Positions 11,029 to 20,039 of a stretch of 64,000 nucleotides of DNA are shown here, piece after piece. The position numbers and the translations under genes are program-made. The notes below the pieces were generated by a model, which saw nothing but the letters and a program-made list of their open reading frames with translations, made no database searches and was not told the origin of the DNA. Within the stretch, counting starts at the first letter, position 1. Each line of letters begins with the position of its first letter. Source of the DNA: a virus (Duplodnaviria > Caudoviricetes); the IMG/VR virus record IMGVR_UViG_3300021426_000004, positions 64,001 to 128,000 of that record; one strand, 5' to 3'.

Positions 11029-11321
11029 AATAACACCTCTTCACAAAATAAAATGTATATGTTAACTTTCTTAGAAAGGAGATTTTACACATAAATAACA
11101 AAGGTATGACTGTTGCTCAAAGAAAACAATTGCATATAATTGATGGTATAGAAGATATACCTTATAAAAAAATGTTTAAGAAAAGATAATTATTGTTATA
11201 GAAAGTATTCAAAGTGTAATCCTGTTGTTCTGTTATCAACAAGATTGTTATAGCAATAATAAAAGTTTGATTCTGGATATATTTAAAGATATTATTATAT
11301 GTATATATTAAATAAAAAAAT

Positions 11322-11352
11322 AGGGGAGTACCAAAATAAGGTACTCCCCTTA
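11322..11352. terminator. Intrinsic terminator hairpin
   Basis: AGGGGAGTACC-aaaataa-GGTACTCCCCT inverted repeat, preceded on the plus strand by an A-tract (U-tract on the minus strand). Confidence 0.7.
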
Positions 11353-11355
11353 ATC

Positions 11356-11706
11356 TTATTCCTTCAATGTAACGCCTTCATGATTTGCTTTCATGTATTC
11401 CATTACTTGTTTAATATAATCAGTTTCTTCCTGAAGCATCGCTGGTTCAACTTGAGCTGTAATTAAATCATAAAGCCAATGTAATACATATGGCTTTTCT
11501 GAATTTATGATATTCTTTTTTTCAACTTCAAGTTTTAAAACTTCCAATACTTCAGCGGGGTTAACCTTAAAATCACTGATATCTTCACAATTTAAATTAG
11601 CATCATGCAATATAGTTCTCCATAATGGTTCCAGATAATTTAACCCATTATCAGCTTGTGTTATAGTTAAGTCTATTGCCTTATTAATAAACTCACCATA
11701 TAACAT
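11356..11706 (-). CDS. Hypothetical protein
   Basis: 116-aa ORF co-oriented with the late operon. Confidence 0.6.
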   Translation of the reverse strand: MLYGEFINKAIDLTITQADNGLNYLEPLWRTILHDANLNCEDISDFKVNPAEVLEVLKLEVEKKNIINSEKPYVLHWLYDLITAQVEPAMLQEETDYIKQVMEYMKANHEGVTLKE

Positions 11707-11708
11707 TG

Positions 11709-11885
11709 TTAATCATCTGCCTTTCCTTCCAGTGTAACGGTTTTAATCTTTCTACCGAATAACAATTCTTCTTCTGAATAATGCAATTCATCTATGTCAA
11801 TTCGGCCGTATTTATTATGACGATACATAACTACAGCATCCTTCGGCTGCTTTTTGAGGAGATCGATAAGTTCTTTTACTGTCAT
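11709..11885 (-). CDS. Small hypothetical protein (MTVKELIDLLKKQPKDAVV...), 58 aa
   Basis: Hand-translated, below the ORF-track cutoff. N-terminus resembles the adjacent ORF (MTVRELIEELEEYPMDLPV). Confidence 0.6.
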   Translation of the reverse strand: MTVKELIDLLKKQPKDAVVMYRHNKYGRIDIDELHYSEEELLFGRKIKTVTLEGKADD

Positions 11886-11891
11886 ATATTA

Positions 11892-12059
11892 TCACTCCAA
11901 TACTACAGCCGTAGTGTACACATACCCAGTAGGATATGTCTCGTCCATATAATAGTGACTTTCATTAATATCGACTTGCGTTACTTCTTTATAATCAACG
12001 CATACTGGTAAATCCATAGGATATTCTTCCAGTTCTTCGATTAATTCTCTCACTGTCAT
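11892..12059 (-). CDS. Small hypothetical protein (MTVRELIEEL...)
   Basis: Internal ATG of track ORF 11892..12116; common phage MTVxELIExL N-terminus. Confidence 0.6.
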   Translation of the reverse strand: MTVRELIEELEEYPMDLPVCVDYKEVTQVDINESHYYMDETYPTGYVYTTAVVLE

Positions 12060-12063
12060 AAGA

Positions 12064-12501
12064 TCACCGATTCTTACGTTTGTTGAAAAGCTTTGGCTTT
12101 TCTTCTGGAATAACACCGAGAATATGTTTAGGTTCTTCTTTCTTAATTTCTTCCTTTGGTTCTTCTTTGATAATTTCAGCAGGTTTTACTTCTTCTTTCG
12201 TATTGTCTGCTGGCTCTGGAATTTCCTTGGATTCTTCTTTCTGATAAGGATTTGGAAGTCCCATTTCAGCAAGCTGACGTACACATTCAATCATACGAAT
12301 CTTTGAAATACGTGAGCTGATTGCGTTACTCCGCCAAATTGCACAATACCTTTTAGCAGTCCAGAACAGATCGTTTGCTACAACATTATTAAATTCAACA
12401 TTGTCAGCGCCTTCAATCCAGTTTCTTGCGGCTGCATTAAACGTACCTTCATCACCGTTTAATGCTTCTAAAACTTTTTCATATAATTCGTAATTACTCA
12501 T
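12064..12501 (-). CDS. Hypothetical protein
   Basis: 145-aa ORF with AGGAG RBS and a low-complexity E/K/P-rich C-terminus. Confidence 0.65.
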   Translation of the reverse strand: MSNYELYEKVLEALNGDEGTFNAAARNWIEGADNVEFNNVVANDLFWTAKRYCAIWRSNAISSRISKIRMIECVRQLAEMGLPNPYQKEESKEIPEPADNTKEEVKPAEIIKEEPKEEIKKEEPKHILGVIPEEKPKLFNKRKNR

Positions 12502-12514
12502 TTTGAATTCTCCT

Positions 12515-12799
12515 TTACTTTAAATACTCTTCAAACCAACTGGTATCACCAAGTGCTTGTTTTGCAACGTCCTTTTGTCCGGATTCAATAATAGTCATAC
12601 CTCCGGGCATGCTAAGGAACGTCGCTGCACTATTGGAAGTGCTTGGTTTGATAAGCGGATTTGCTTGCTGTATCATTCTGGTTATTGCTTCTCCGCCCTT
12701 TTTGTCGAACACGGTTTTGCCATACATATTCGATATGGACTCAAAGTTAATTCTCTTACCAAGAGCAGCAAGAACATCTTGGAAGAAAACATAAGACAT
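12515..12799 (-). CDS. Tail assembly chaperone, frameshift extension (gpT-like part)
   Basis: Frame stays open upstream to the A_AAA_AAC slippery site at 12898-12904 and is -1 relative to ORF 12868..13413. Confidence 0.7.
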   Translation of the reverse strand: MSYVFFQDVLAALGKRINFESISNMYGKTVFDKKGGEAITRMIQQANPLIKPSTSNSAATFLSMPGGMTIIESGQKDVAKQALGDTSWFEEYLK

Positions 12800-12867
12800 A
12801 TTATTGATTTTGTCCTCGTCTACTTCGCCCAGGTGTGCAGCGACAGCAGCAACTGCTTCGTCTAAGT

Positions 12868-13413
12868 TTAATGTTTCGCTTGCTCCTGGGCTTCCCTGTT
12901 TTTTCTTGCAGCCTCTTCTTTTTCGTCTATATGATTAATTCGGCCGAAAATCTTAGTAACTCTGTCTAATATTTCAGCATCCATTTCATTATAATTATCT
13001 CTGACAAAAGTAGAGTCATTGAAAGCGGCAACAAGAAAGTCATATACAAGCTGATCTGCGTCTCGTTCCGGATCGAGAATTCCTTTTTCATATTTAAATA
13101 ACTCATGCACAGGTACAGCTTTGATAATCCCATAACCTGAAGCGCTTTTATTCCGGAAATACTTCAGCTTAGTGGGCTTGATTTCAATTTTAACGCCATC
13201 AACTTCTACACAATTCTCTTCTTTAATATCTGATGGCATTTCTTTTTTTTCAGGAGTTGTCTCTGGAACTTCTCCTTTTTCTTTTGTTTCTTCCGGAATA
13301 TCTGGATTTTCGGGTTCGGTATATTTAATCGTAAAACCTTCAGGCATACTTGTTTTATGTTCTTCCGGTGGCGGAAGTTCTTTAGTCGGTTTTGGAATCG
13401 GCTTTGGCATCAT
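12868..13413 (-). CDS. Tail assembly chaperone (gpG-like)
   Basis: Lies directly downstream of the major tail gene and has a canonical -1 slippery heptamer near its 3' end. Confidence 0.7.
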   Translation of the reverse strand: MMPKPIPKPTKELPPPEEHKTSMPEGFTIKYTEPENPDIPEETKEKGEVPETTPEKKEMPSDIKEENCVEVDGVKIEIKPTKLKYFRNKSASGYGIIKAVPVHELFKYEKGILDPERDADQLVYDFLVAAFNDSTFVRDNYNEMDAEILDRVTKIFGRINHIDEKEEAARKNREAQEQAKH

Positions 13414-13440
13414 TTTTCCTTCTTTCCTTCAATCCTTATA

Positions 13441-13476
13441 AAAAAAGGGGATACTGCAAGGTTGCAGTATCCCCTT
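13441..13476 (-). terminator. Intrinsic terminator after major tail gene
   Basis: AAGGGGATACTGCA-aggt-TGCAGTATCCCCTT hairpin followed by a U-tract on the minus strand. Confidence 0.75.
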
Positions 13477-13547
13477 AAGAGATTAACTAACTGAAACCTT
13501 TATTGTAAAATACCTTGCGGTAAAACCTTATTGTTAGTAATCTTTGC

Positions 13548-15308
13548 TTACTTCTTGAAGTAAGCGGTGCTGTACGCACCCTCGTCGTTACGCTTGGCGT
13601 CCAGAGCCGTTAATTCGAACTGGAACGTTGCAGCACTCTTATACGATGTGTCCATACCAGGAATCGTAGTAATACGAGCACGGAACACTTTGACCACATA
13701 GTAGCCAACAATAGCGCTTTCGGTGCAGTCATCGCCAGAGCCGTAGACCGGCCAAATAGCAGAACACTCACCGATAGCGGATTCCTTATTGGTGACGACG
13801 GCTTCATACGCTTCCTGCGTATAAGCATACACCACATCCACAAAATCAATATCTTCATCAGCAGAGAAAGTAATTTCCTTGCCGTTGATCAGATAATGAC
13901 CAGTGGTAACAGTACCGCTCTGAGTCGTAATAGGCTCCATGCCATCAATAAAGATACTACCTTCGATAGGAACCTGCAGCAGTTCAATCTTATGATTTGC
14001 ATCGGGCGTATGACGCTCAGTTGTGTCGATCTGATAGTTGCTGTTCTTTTTATACTGCGTCTTATTCGCCATAGCAAACAGATCAGCGTCGAACTGTCCA
14101 CATGTAAAATTCATCGTGAACGTAGAGTTGCCAGGAATAACAGCAACAGGGAACAGGGACCAACCAGCATTCATTTGGTCTTTGCTTTTTGTTCAGTGTA
14201 GTTCGCTAAGCTACACCCGCTTTATTCAAGCTGCTTTATGTTTCCATAAAGATCAGATCATATCTTACGCATATTCTGCGTCTCTCCATTTCAGCCTGCT
14301 TAGGCTTACGTCTTTCGACTGATCGTTAGAGTTTACACACGTTTAAAATGATATTTTTTTGCTCGAATATTGTTTTTTATTGATTGATACACAGATCCTC
14401 TGGGAAGATTCATTTCTTTTTCTGCGGCTAGCTGAGAATCATAAATACATCCAGTTTCTATACATTGAACTTTGGTTGATTTATGATTGTTTGCGCCCAT
14501 CATACTTGGACGTTTATTGTGCCGACATGCATCTAAAGCAGCTAAGGAGTTCGGATTTTTTCCAGCTCGTATATTTCCTTGACGTATTTTTTCTTTTGTT
14601 TTATCTGACAAATGTTTTCCTTTACGAGAAGCAACGCTTGCCTCGATAGCTTTTTCAGGACGTTTATTCCAAAAAGGATTGAGATTTCCTTTTAAGCCCC
14701 TATTGTTATATCCGCCTTCGGCAAAATTATACCCATAGTCTCTGTTTGTTGTTTGAAGCTTTTTAATTAACATTTTTTCTGTATTAGAAGCTTCGTCTTT
14801 AGTTAAATTCGATGCAAAAATTTCATGATCAAAATTATCCCAACCATATTTTTCAATCGCACTATTGAAATGCCAATTATAATTATATCCTTTTCCATTT
14901 TTCCATCTATTGTTAGGATTTGTTTTTTTAGACATTCCAACATATATTTTTCCATTAATCTTGTTTATATGTATATAAACATAATATGGTCCATTTTCTA
15001 TAATCATTTATTACATCCTTTCGTGTGTTTTACTACGGTAGGTTGTCTTTCTCTCCTTTACGGTTATTTCCGAATGTCTTCAAATGTTTGATTAAATAAT
15101 ATTTTAAAAAAGGAGAGGGAAGAGTTTCCCCGTTTAGAAGAGTTTAACGACACCAACGCTGGAATTTAATGTCGATTGTTTCAATGTTTGCGCTAACAGT
15201 AGCGGCCGTCAGCTCAGTAAAGGCATAAGCATGCCCATCGCACCGACGGAACACTACCTTCGGCACGTCAGCCACATAGCCCTTAAGCGCAGCATTATAG
15301 GTTGCCAT
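13548..15308 (-). CDS. Major tail (tube) protein, split by a group I intron: exon 1 15308-15168, exon 2 14171-13548, about 254 aa
   Basis: Removing the intron joins ...ETIDI to NAGWSLFPVAV... in frame. Lies between neck genes and tail chaperones and shows codon bias typical of highly expressed genes. Confidence 0.8.
14333..15007 (-). CDS. GIY-YIG homing endonuclease (intron-encoded, NUMOD-type C-terminus)
   Basis: YVYIHINKINGKIYVGMS...RW motif, EKMLI catalytic Glu region, GYN, and NUMOD3-like GKHLSDKTKEKIR. Confidence 0.9.
   Translation of the reverse strand: MIIENGPYYVYIHINKINGKIYVGMSKKTNPNNRWKNGKGYNYNWHFNSAIEKYGWDNFDHEIFASNLTKDEASNTEKMLIKKLQTTNRDYGYNFAEGGYNNRGLKGNLNPFWNKRPEKAIEASVASRKGKHLSDKTKEKIRQGNIRAGKNPNSLAALDACRHNKRPSMMGANNHKSTKVQCIETGCIYDSQLAAEKEMNLPRGSVYQSIKNNIRAKKYHFKRV
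15051..15078 (-). promoter_or_regulatory. Repeated motif, class III (GACATTCG-N7-CCGTAAAGGAGA), upstream of the intron endonuclease
   Basis: Minus strand GACATTCGGAAATAACCGTAAAGGAGAG; four related copies elsewhere in the window. Confidence 0.6.
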
Positions 15309-15490
15309 AGTGCATGACCTCTCTTGCAATATATTTATAACCACCATATACCTGCTCTCCCACAAGCTAATATATTTGGGTTATATCGTATTCAGAGGCC
15401 TTCAAATTACCTTTGAGACTGTATTTATTTAGCCGCCCAATGTCTCAGGCGGCATATTTTTTACTATGTTGGTTTAGAAATGCTAAACAA

Positions 15491-15955
15491 TTAGTATACC
15501 TTCATGTATCTGAAAGCTATGCTATATCGCGTATATCCAGTTACGCGAGTACCCATGTCCCAAGCACCAGCTATCCAGAAACGATATCCTGTATCTGCAA
15601 GATATCTTTCCCGTGTTAATAACTTGAATAAACGTTCAGCAATTAAATGAGTACGCATTTTTAAACGATCATCTCCGATATTGTGTAATTCACTTGTTTT
15701 TACATATATATCGAAGAGCAGCATATTCTTCGTTACATTTGGAACATCTGTTTCAGTTCCTTGTACATCAGAATATACTATTCTGCAAACTTCGTCTGTA
15801 AGAAGTTTATTTGTATATCCAGCACTAATAAAATATCTGTCTATAAATTGGATGATGTTTGTTTTTGGCGGTATCTTCATCAATGCTTTCAAATCGTAAT
15901 CAGGCCAGATTACTTTACGTATGATAGTATTCCATGCGTCTATCCAACCCATCAT
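15491..15955 (-). CDS. Putative tail terminator / neck protein
   Basis: 154 aa, immediately upstream of the major tail gene; assigned by position. Confidence 0.5.
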   Translation of the reverse strand: MMGWIDAWNTIIRKVIWPDYDLKALMKIPPKTNIIQFIDRYFISAGYTNKLLTDEVCRIVYSDVQGTETDVPNVTKNMLLFDIYVKTSELHNIGDDRLKMRTHLIAERLFKLLTRERYLADTGYRFWIAGAWDMGTRVTGYTRYSIAFRYMKVY

Positions 15956-16476
15956 GAAGTACCACCTCCTAAAATATTTGTTATTAAAGGAATAACAGCT
16001 TCTTCAGCTGCTTTGATAATTTCTTCTCTTGTAGGAATTCCACTGATTGTTAGTTTCACTTCAAGAGAATCAATTACTTGTTGTGTTGCAAGAGCTTCAT
16101 CCGGATTATCAGAGAATTCACCGGCAATAATTTGATATTGGCTTTTAACAATATTTGTAAGAAAAAATTCCAAGTCTTTTAAGTCATATGATCCATCTAT
16201 CATTCTGTCTATGACGCTTTCAATTTCACCGGGCAAAATACTGTCGATTATTTTTCTGGAATTTTCTTCTGCGTACGTTGCTTCTTCAGATCCGGCTTCG
16301 AATCTTCCGCCAGTTACAGCGGCTTTGGATTGTCTTTGTCCTTGCTGTGGAAGATTAATCATTCCACCAGTAACTTCAGGCGGTTCCATACCTTCGTCAA
16401 TTCGGTTTCTCCAAGATTCATTACCAGATGAAATTGTATAATCGGCAGTAGCAGTAAAAGACTTAATCGTAGCCAT
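15952..16476 (-). CDS. Putative neck/tail completion protein
   Basis: Track ORF 15952..16494, likely start MATIKS; assigned by position. Confidence 0.45.
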   Translation of the reverse strand: MATIKSFTATADYTISSGNESWRNRIDEGMEPPEVTGGMINLPQQGQRQSKAAVTGGRFEAGSEEATYAEENSRKIIDSILPGEIESVIDRMIDGSYDLKDLEFFLTNIVKSQYQIIAGEFSDNPDEALATQQVIDSLEVKLTISGIPTREEIIKAAEEAVIPLITNILGGGTS

Positions 16477-17239
16477 GTAAACCACCAGCTGCACGTTTCG
16501 CTTGAAATTTCAGTATTCCGTGTGTTTGATTAATGTCGACGCCAACTCCGTCAATATCGACGATTTCATGAGTGTTTCCGCCCCATTCAAACTTGTCTCC
16601 GATTCTTACATTTTTAGTCTGTTCATTATATTGAACAATCAAAATAGTTAAAGCTCCGGCTATGGTACCTGGCGTACCAGATACAGCTACATATTCTGGT
16701 CTTCCATCATATCGGTATGCGTTTGCTGGAATTGAATGACAAATAATTTCATGATTGCTTTCTATTCCTTTGTTATAGTTATAGCCGCTCACAACATAGC
16801 CTTCATCATTAATTGCATAACCTTCATCATCCACATACATTTTGCCATCTCTGTACACTTCAAGGTAAAGATTGCAATATACAGCACGAGATGGAATGTT
16901 GTTGCTTTCTTTGTGCCCATTCCAATCCAACAGATAAATAGTGTTGTCAGGTTCAATAACCATATCGCCTTTACGTATACCGCTTGTAAGAGAACAACGT
17001 ATATTCATGTTGTTGTCTGTATTTTCATAGCGGCTTTTAGTGGCGTCTGGATATATTTCTCCACGAATATACTTTGGTGTATATTCTTCATTTTCTTTTT
17101 CATACCAATCATGAACAAGTTCAAAGTCCATTACAGTATTCGGAATATCATGATTAAGAAAATTGTCAAAGTCAGCGGCTAATGTTTTAGGAACGAGAAA
17201 CCGCGTTCTGGATTCTTGCGGAACATACGGTATCGACAT
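16463..17239 (-). CDS. Putative head closure / head-tail joining protein
   Basis: 258-aa beta-rich ORF with AGGAGG RBS in the neck region. Confidence 0.5.
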   Translation of the reverse strand: MSIPYVPQESRTRFLVPKTLAADFDNFLNHDIPNTVMDFELVHDWYEKENEEYTPKYIRGEIYPDATKSRYENTDNNMNIRCSLTSGIRKGDMVIEPDNTIYLLDWNGHKESNNIPSRAVYCNLYLEVYRDGKMYVDDEGYAINDEGYVVSGYNYNKGIESNHEIICHSIPANAYRYDGRPEYVAVSGTPGTIAGALTILIVQYNEQTKNVRIGDKFEWGGNTHEIVDIDGVGVDINQTHGILKFQAKRAAGGLHGYD

Positions 17240-17255
17240 ATTGCCGCCTCCTTTA

Positions 17256-17594
17256 TTATTTTAAAGATCTTGAGATAAACTCACTAATGGACATAGTGTT
17301 AGCAGGGATTGTTTTATAAGATAAAGTATTTGGTAAACGTTTAATTGCGTTTGCCTGGTCAAGAAGTTTATGCCGAATGTTGTCGAATCGTTCTAACAAT
17401 TCTTTATCCCATTCGTTTTTTGGCTTATAGTCAGACATATAGAAAAAAACGTCTTCTACGTTTTTAAGAATACGGTTAAGTTCTCGACTGAGCATTTCTG
17501 TATAATCAATAAAATCGTATTCTTTTTCTACGACTGTTTCTAACTCTTTATTCTTATATTCAATCTTAACTTTAAAATCACTCATTGTTTTCAT
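17256..17594 (-). CDS. Hypothetical protein
   Basis: 112-aa ORF overlapping its upstream neighbour in the late operon. Confidence 0.55.
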   Translation of the reverse strand: MKTMSDFKVKIEYKNKELETVVEKEYDFIDYTEMLSRELNRILKNVEDVFFYMSDYKPKNEWDKELLERFDNIRHKLLDQANAIKRLPNTLSYKTIPANTMSISEFISRSLK

Positions 17595-18016
17595 CCTTCT
17601 CTGGCCATTAATTTATGAAAAACGATGAGACGTTCTCTTTCGAGGTCTTCAATTTCCTGTTGAATGGATTTGTATGCTTCTTTAGCTCCTGTTACTGATA
17701 ATGCATTAGTTGTATAACTAACGGCATGATCACCAGTTACCTCAGACAAAGACATACGTTTAAACCTAATTTTCGCAAGAATAAAAATATACTCTTCTTC
17801 AAGTATATCAAAATCCTTACCATAATAGAGAACTTCTTCTTCATCTGTAGTAAACAAAGTTCTGTCATAATCATCAGGATGGTTGATATCAACATAAAAT
17901 TTCTTGATAGCTTGAACAATACATTTTCTATATTCGCTATCATATACAAGCACCTGAGAACTCAACGGACTATACCATTCTGCTAGCTCCGTGGCTGCCT
18001 CTGTGATGTTATACAA
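17591..18016 (-). CDS. Putative head-tail adaptor protein
   Basis: 141-aa helical ORF two genes downstream of the capsid gene; AAGGAG RBS. Confidence 0.5.
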   Translation of the reverse strand: MYNITEAATELAEWYSPLSSQVLVYDSEYRKCIVQAIKKFYVDINHPDDYDRTLFTTDEEEVLYYGKDFDILEEEYIFILAKIRFKRMSLSEVTGDHAVSYTTNALSVTGAKEAYKSIQQEIEDLERERLIVFHKLMAREG

Positions 18017-18036
18017 GTCAACCGCTCCTTTCTGAT

Positions 18037-18489
18037 TTATTCTTCTGTGTCAAGAAGATTTTGATTTGGGATTTTCGCCTGTATTACCTTCAGTTTGCTC
18101 CCCTGCAAATCCATTTGTCCAGCCATTGCCGCAATAGCATCTAACTGAACAGGGTCATTTATGTCAGCAATCCAACTAGCAATGTGTTTTGCAGATTTAT
18201 TCAGATTTGCCATAATTTCATCCGGGGAAAACATTTTTTCAACATAAGGATCGGTTGCACCGCCGAGATCCTCAAGAGAATATTCTTTATTATTGGAGTC
18301 CTTGATCGAAAAAATCTTAGAAGAGAAAGGCTTACAACGAGAGTTGTCTTCAATAAAAAGAATGTCTTCAATTGCGACATAGGGTAAAAAAGAACCAGCA
18401 CGAATAACTCGCTGTTGCGTAGAAGATAAAGTTACACCAATGTCATAGTTCGTATTATTGTAAATACGTAAAGTAGTAGTATTATCCAT
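18037..18489 (-). CDS. Hypothetical virion-module protein
   Basis: 150-aa ORF directly downstream of the major capsid gene. Confidence 0.55.
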   Translation of the reverse strand: MDNTTTLRIYNNTNYDIGVTLSSTQQRVIRAGSFLPYVAIEDILFIEDNSRCKPFSSKIFSIKDSNNKEYSLEDLGGATDPYVEKMFSPDEIMANLNKSAKHIASWIADINDPVQLDAIAAMAGQMDLQGSKLKVIQAKIPNQNLLDTEE

Positions 18490-18519
18490 TTATCCTTCAA
18501 TCCTTTCAGTTAATCAAAA

Positions 18520-18552
18520 GCAAAGGGACGGCCGTAAAAGCCGTCCCTTTGC
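18520..18552 (-). terminator. Terminator after major capsid gene
   Basis: GCAAAGGGACGGC-cgtaaaa-GCCGTCCCTTTGC inverted repeat. Confidence 0.75.
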
Positions 18553-18569
18553 GATTAAAAAATCAATAA

Positions 18570-19571
18570 TTAGGGCTGCAGTTCGTGTGCGCCACTGGTA
18601 GGATTCTTACCAGTAACAAACGCAGCGCCAAACCAAGTGTCAAGCAGCACTTCATACGTACGGTCATCGATGTTCTGAGAACTCATAGAGTTCACGCCAC
18701 CCTCGTTGACCAGCTTGAGGTTACGAGCATCCGCAGTCTGTCCACCCGGCAGAATGTACAGCCAGTTAGGATTCAGAATCGGGGTCACGCCGTCATCTTC
18801 GTAAGCATTGGTCATACCAACAACAGCACAGCCATTGTAGTTGCCAATAAAGCCGTTCTTATTCCGCTCATCCAGCATATTTCCGCTGTACTGCATAGAA
18901 GTAGGATTCACAGCCATACCAGTCCAGGCAGCCAGCTGAGACACCAGAGCCATATCGCCAAGGATAGTCACAGGACCAAACCGACGGAAATGCATCAGCT
19001 GAGCATCCAGCAGAGCCTGATTCAGATTGGTCACACTCGCGCTATAGAAGGGAGTGCTGAACTTGGAGATGCCAGCATGCAGAACCTGCTGCGCCATCTT
19101 CAGCTTCTTGTCAGTAATCGCTTCGTTTGCTTCGCGGATCAGATCACCGATCTGAACACGGCCAGTCCGCAGATCAATAATGTTGATAGCAGGACGAGCA
19201 GCGATTTCCTTAGTCTCAACCAGAACCTGACTGTCGCTTACGTAGCTGCGAGGAGCAGTAGCGCCCTTCGCCTGAATGACAGCCTTGATTCCGCCATGGC
19301 GAAGCTTAAAGGCAGCCTTCTCGCCATAGCTAATATTCTTGATATCCGCAACAGTGCCCAGGAAATCCAGAGCATTCTTCTGCAGGTCTTCAACGGTGTA
19401 CGCAACGGTCTGCGCAATCAGATGGCAGTTGCCAGGAGTCAGATCACGAGTTAATTCACTTACGATCTGCTGGGCTTCTGCGATCTTATCGGAGTCGACA
19501 CGTTCACCACGGTTTTCAGCGGCCAGCACCTTAATCAGCTTCATGCCGCGTTCAATCTTTTCGATAGCCAT
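18570..19571 (-). CDS. Major capsid protein
   Basis: 333 aa, strong codon bias, GGAGG RBS, follows the protease/scaffold and decoration genes and ends at a terminator. Confidence 0.8.
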   Translation of the reverse strand: MAIEKIERGMKLIKVLAAENRGERVDSDKIAEAQQIVSELTRDLTPGNCHLIAQTVAYTVEDLQKNALDFLGTVADIKNISYGEKAAFKLRHGGIKAVIQAKGATAPRSYVSDSQVLVETKEIAARPAINIIDLRTGRVQIGDLIREANEAITDKKLKMAQQVLHAGISKFSTPFYSASVTNLNQALLDAQLMHFRRFGPVTILGDMALVSQLAAWTGMAVNPTSMQYSGNMLDERNKNGFIGNYNGCAVVGMTNAYEDDGVTPILNPNWLYILPGGQTADARNLKLVNEGGVNSMSSQNIDDRTYEVLLDTWFGAAFVTGKNPTSGAHELQP

Positions 19572-19587
19572 GTCTATTCACCTCCGA

Positions 19588-20007
19588 TTAACCGATAGTA
19601 CCGTCAGCCTGCACACCATAAGAGGTGCCAGCAACAGGCGTCCCGGTAACCATAGTAGTAACAAATTCATCGCCAACCAGCAGAGGATGAGCACGCAGCT
19701 CAAGATCTGCAGGCACAGCATGTTCCCTGTTGTCGTACTCGGCCTGATCATTGAAATACTCAGAGCCGTTCTCGACAAAATAGTAACGCTTATTCAGCTT
19801 ATCAACAATAAAACGGTAAGCGACCATACCATCATAAATAGTAGTAACTTCTTTGCAGATGAACTTGGTCGTGGACTCAGCAGAGGGAAGAACAAGACTG
19901 TTGCCGTCCTGAACCATAATGATGCCGTTCTTAACAGGAGCATTAGTTCCGTTGACAAGCTCGCCCTCATACACGTAGCCCTGAAGCTTGGTCATATATC
20001 CAGCCAC
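19588..20007 (-). CDS. Putative capsid decoration/cement protein
   Basis: 139-aa beta-rich ORF between scaffold and capsid genes with the same high-expression codon bias. Confidence 0.6.
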   Translation of the reverse strand: MAGYMTKLQGYVYEGELVNGTNAPVKNGIIMVQDGNSLVLPSAESTTKFICKEVTTIYDGMVAYRFIVDKLNKRYYFVENGSEYFNDQAEYDNREHAVPADLELRAHPLLVGDEFVTTMVTGTPVAGTSYGVQADGTIG

Positions 20008-20039
20008 GCTAGGTCATTCCTTTCAAATAAATTTATTCT

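Larger units (their letters stand above)
14172..15167 (-). mobile_element. Group I self-splicing intron (996 nt) carrying a homing endonuclease
   Basis: 5' splice after U in GACAUU, which pairs with IGS GGUGUC (U-G pair). P10: CCAGCGUU pairs with 3' exon AAUGCUGG. Terminal G at 14172. R/S-like elements UCUAACGAUCA and AAGAUAUGAUCU form P7 (GAUCA/UGAUC). Confidence 0.88.
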
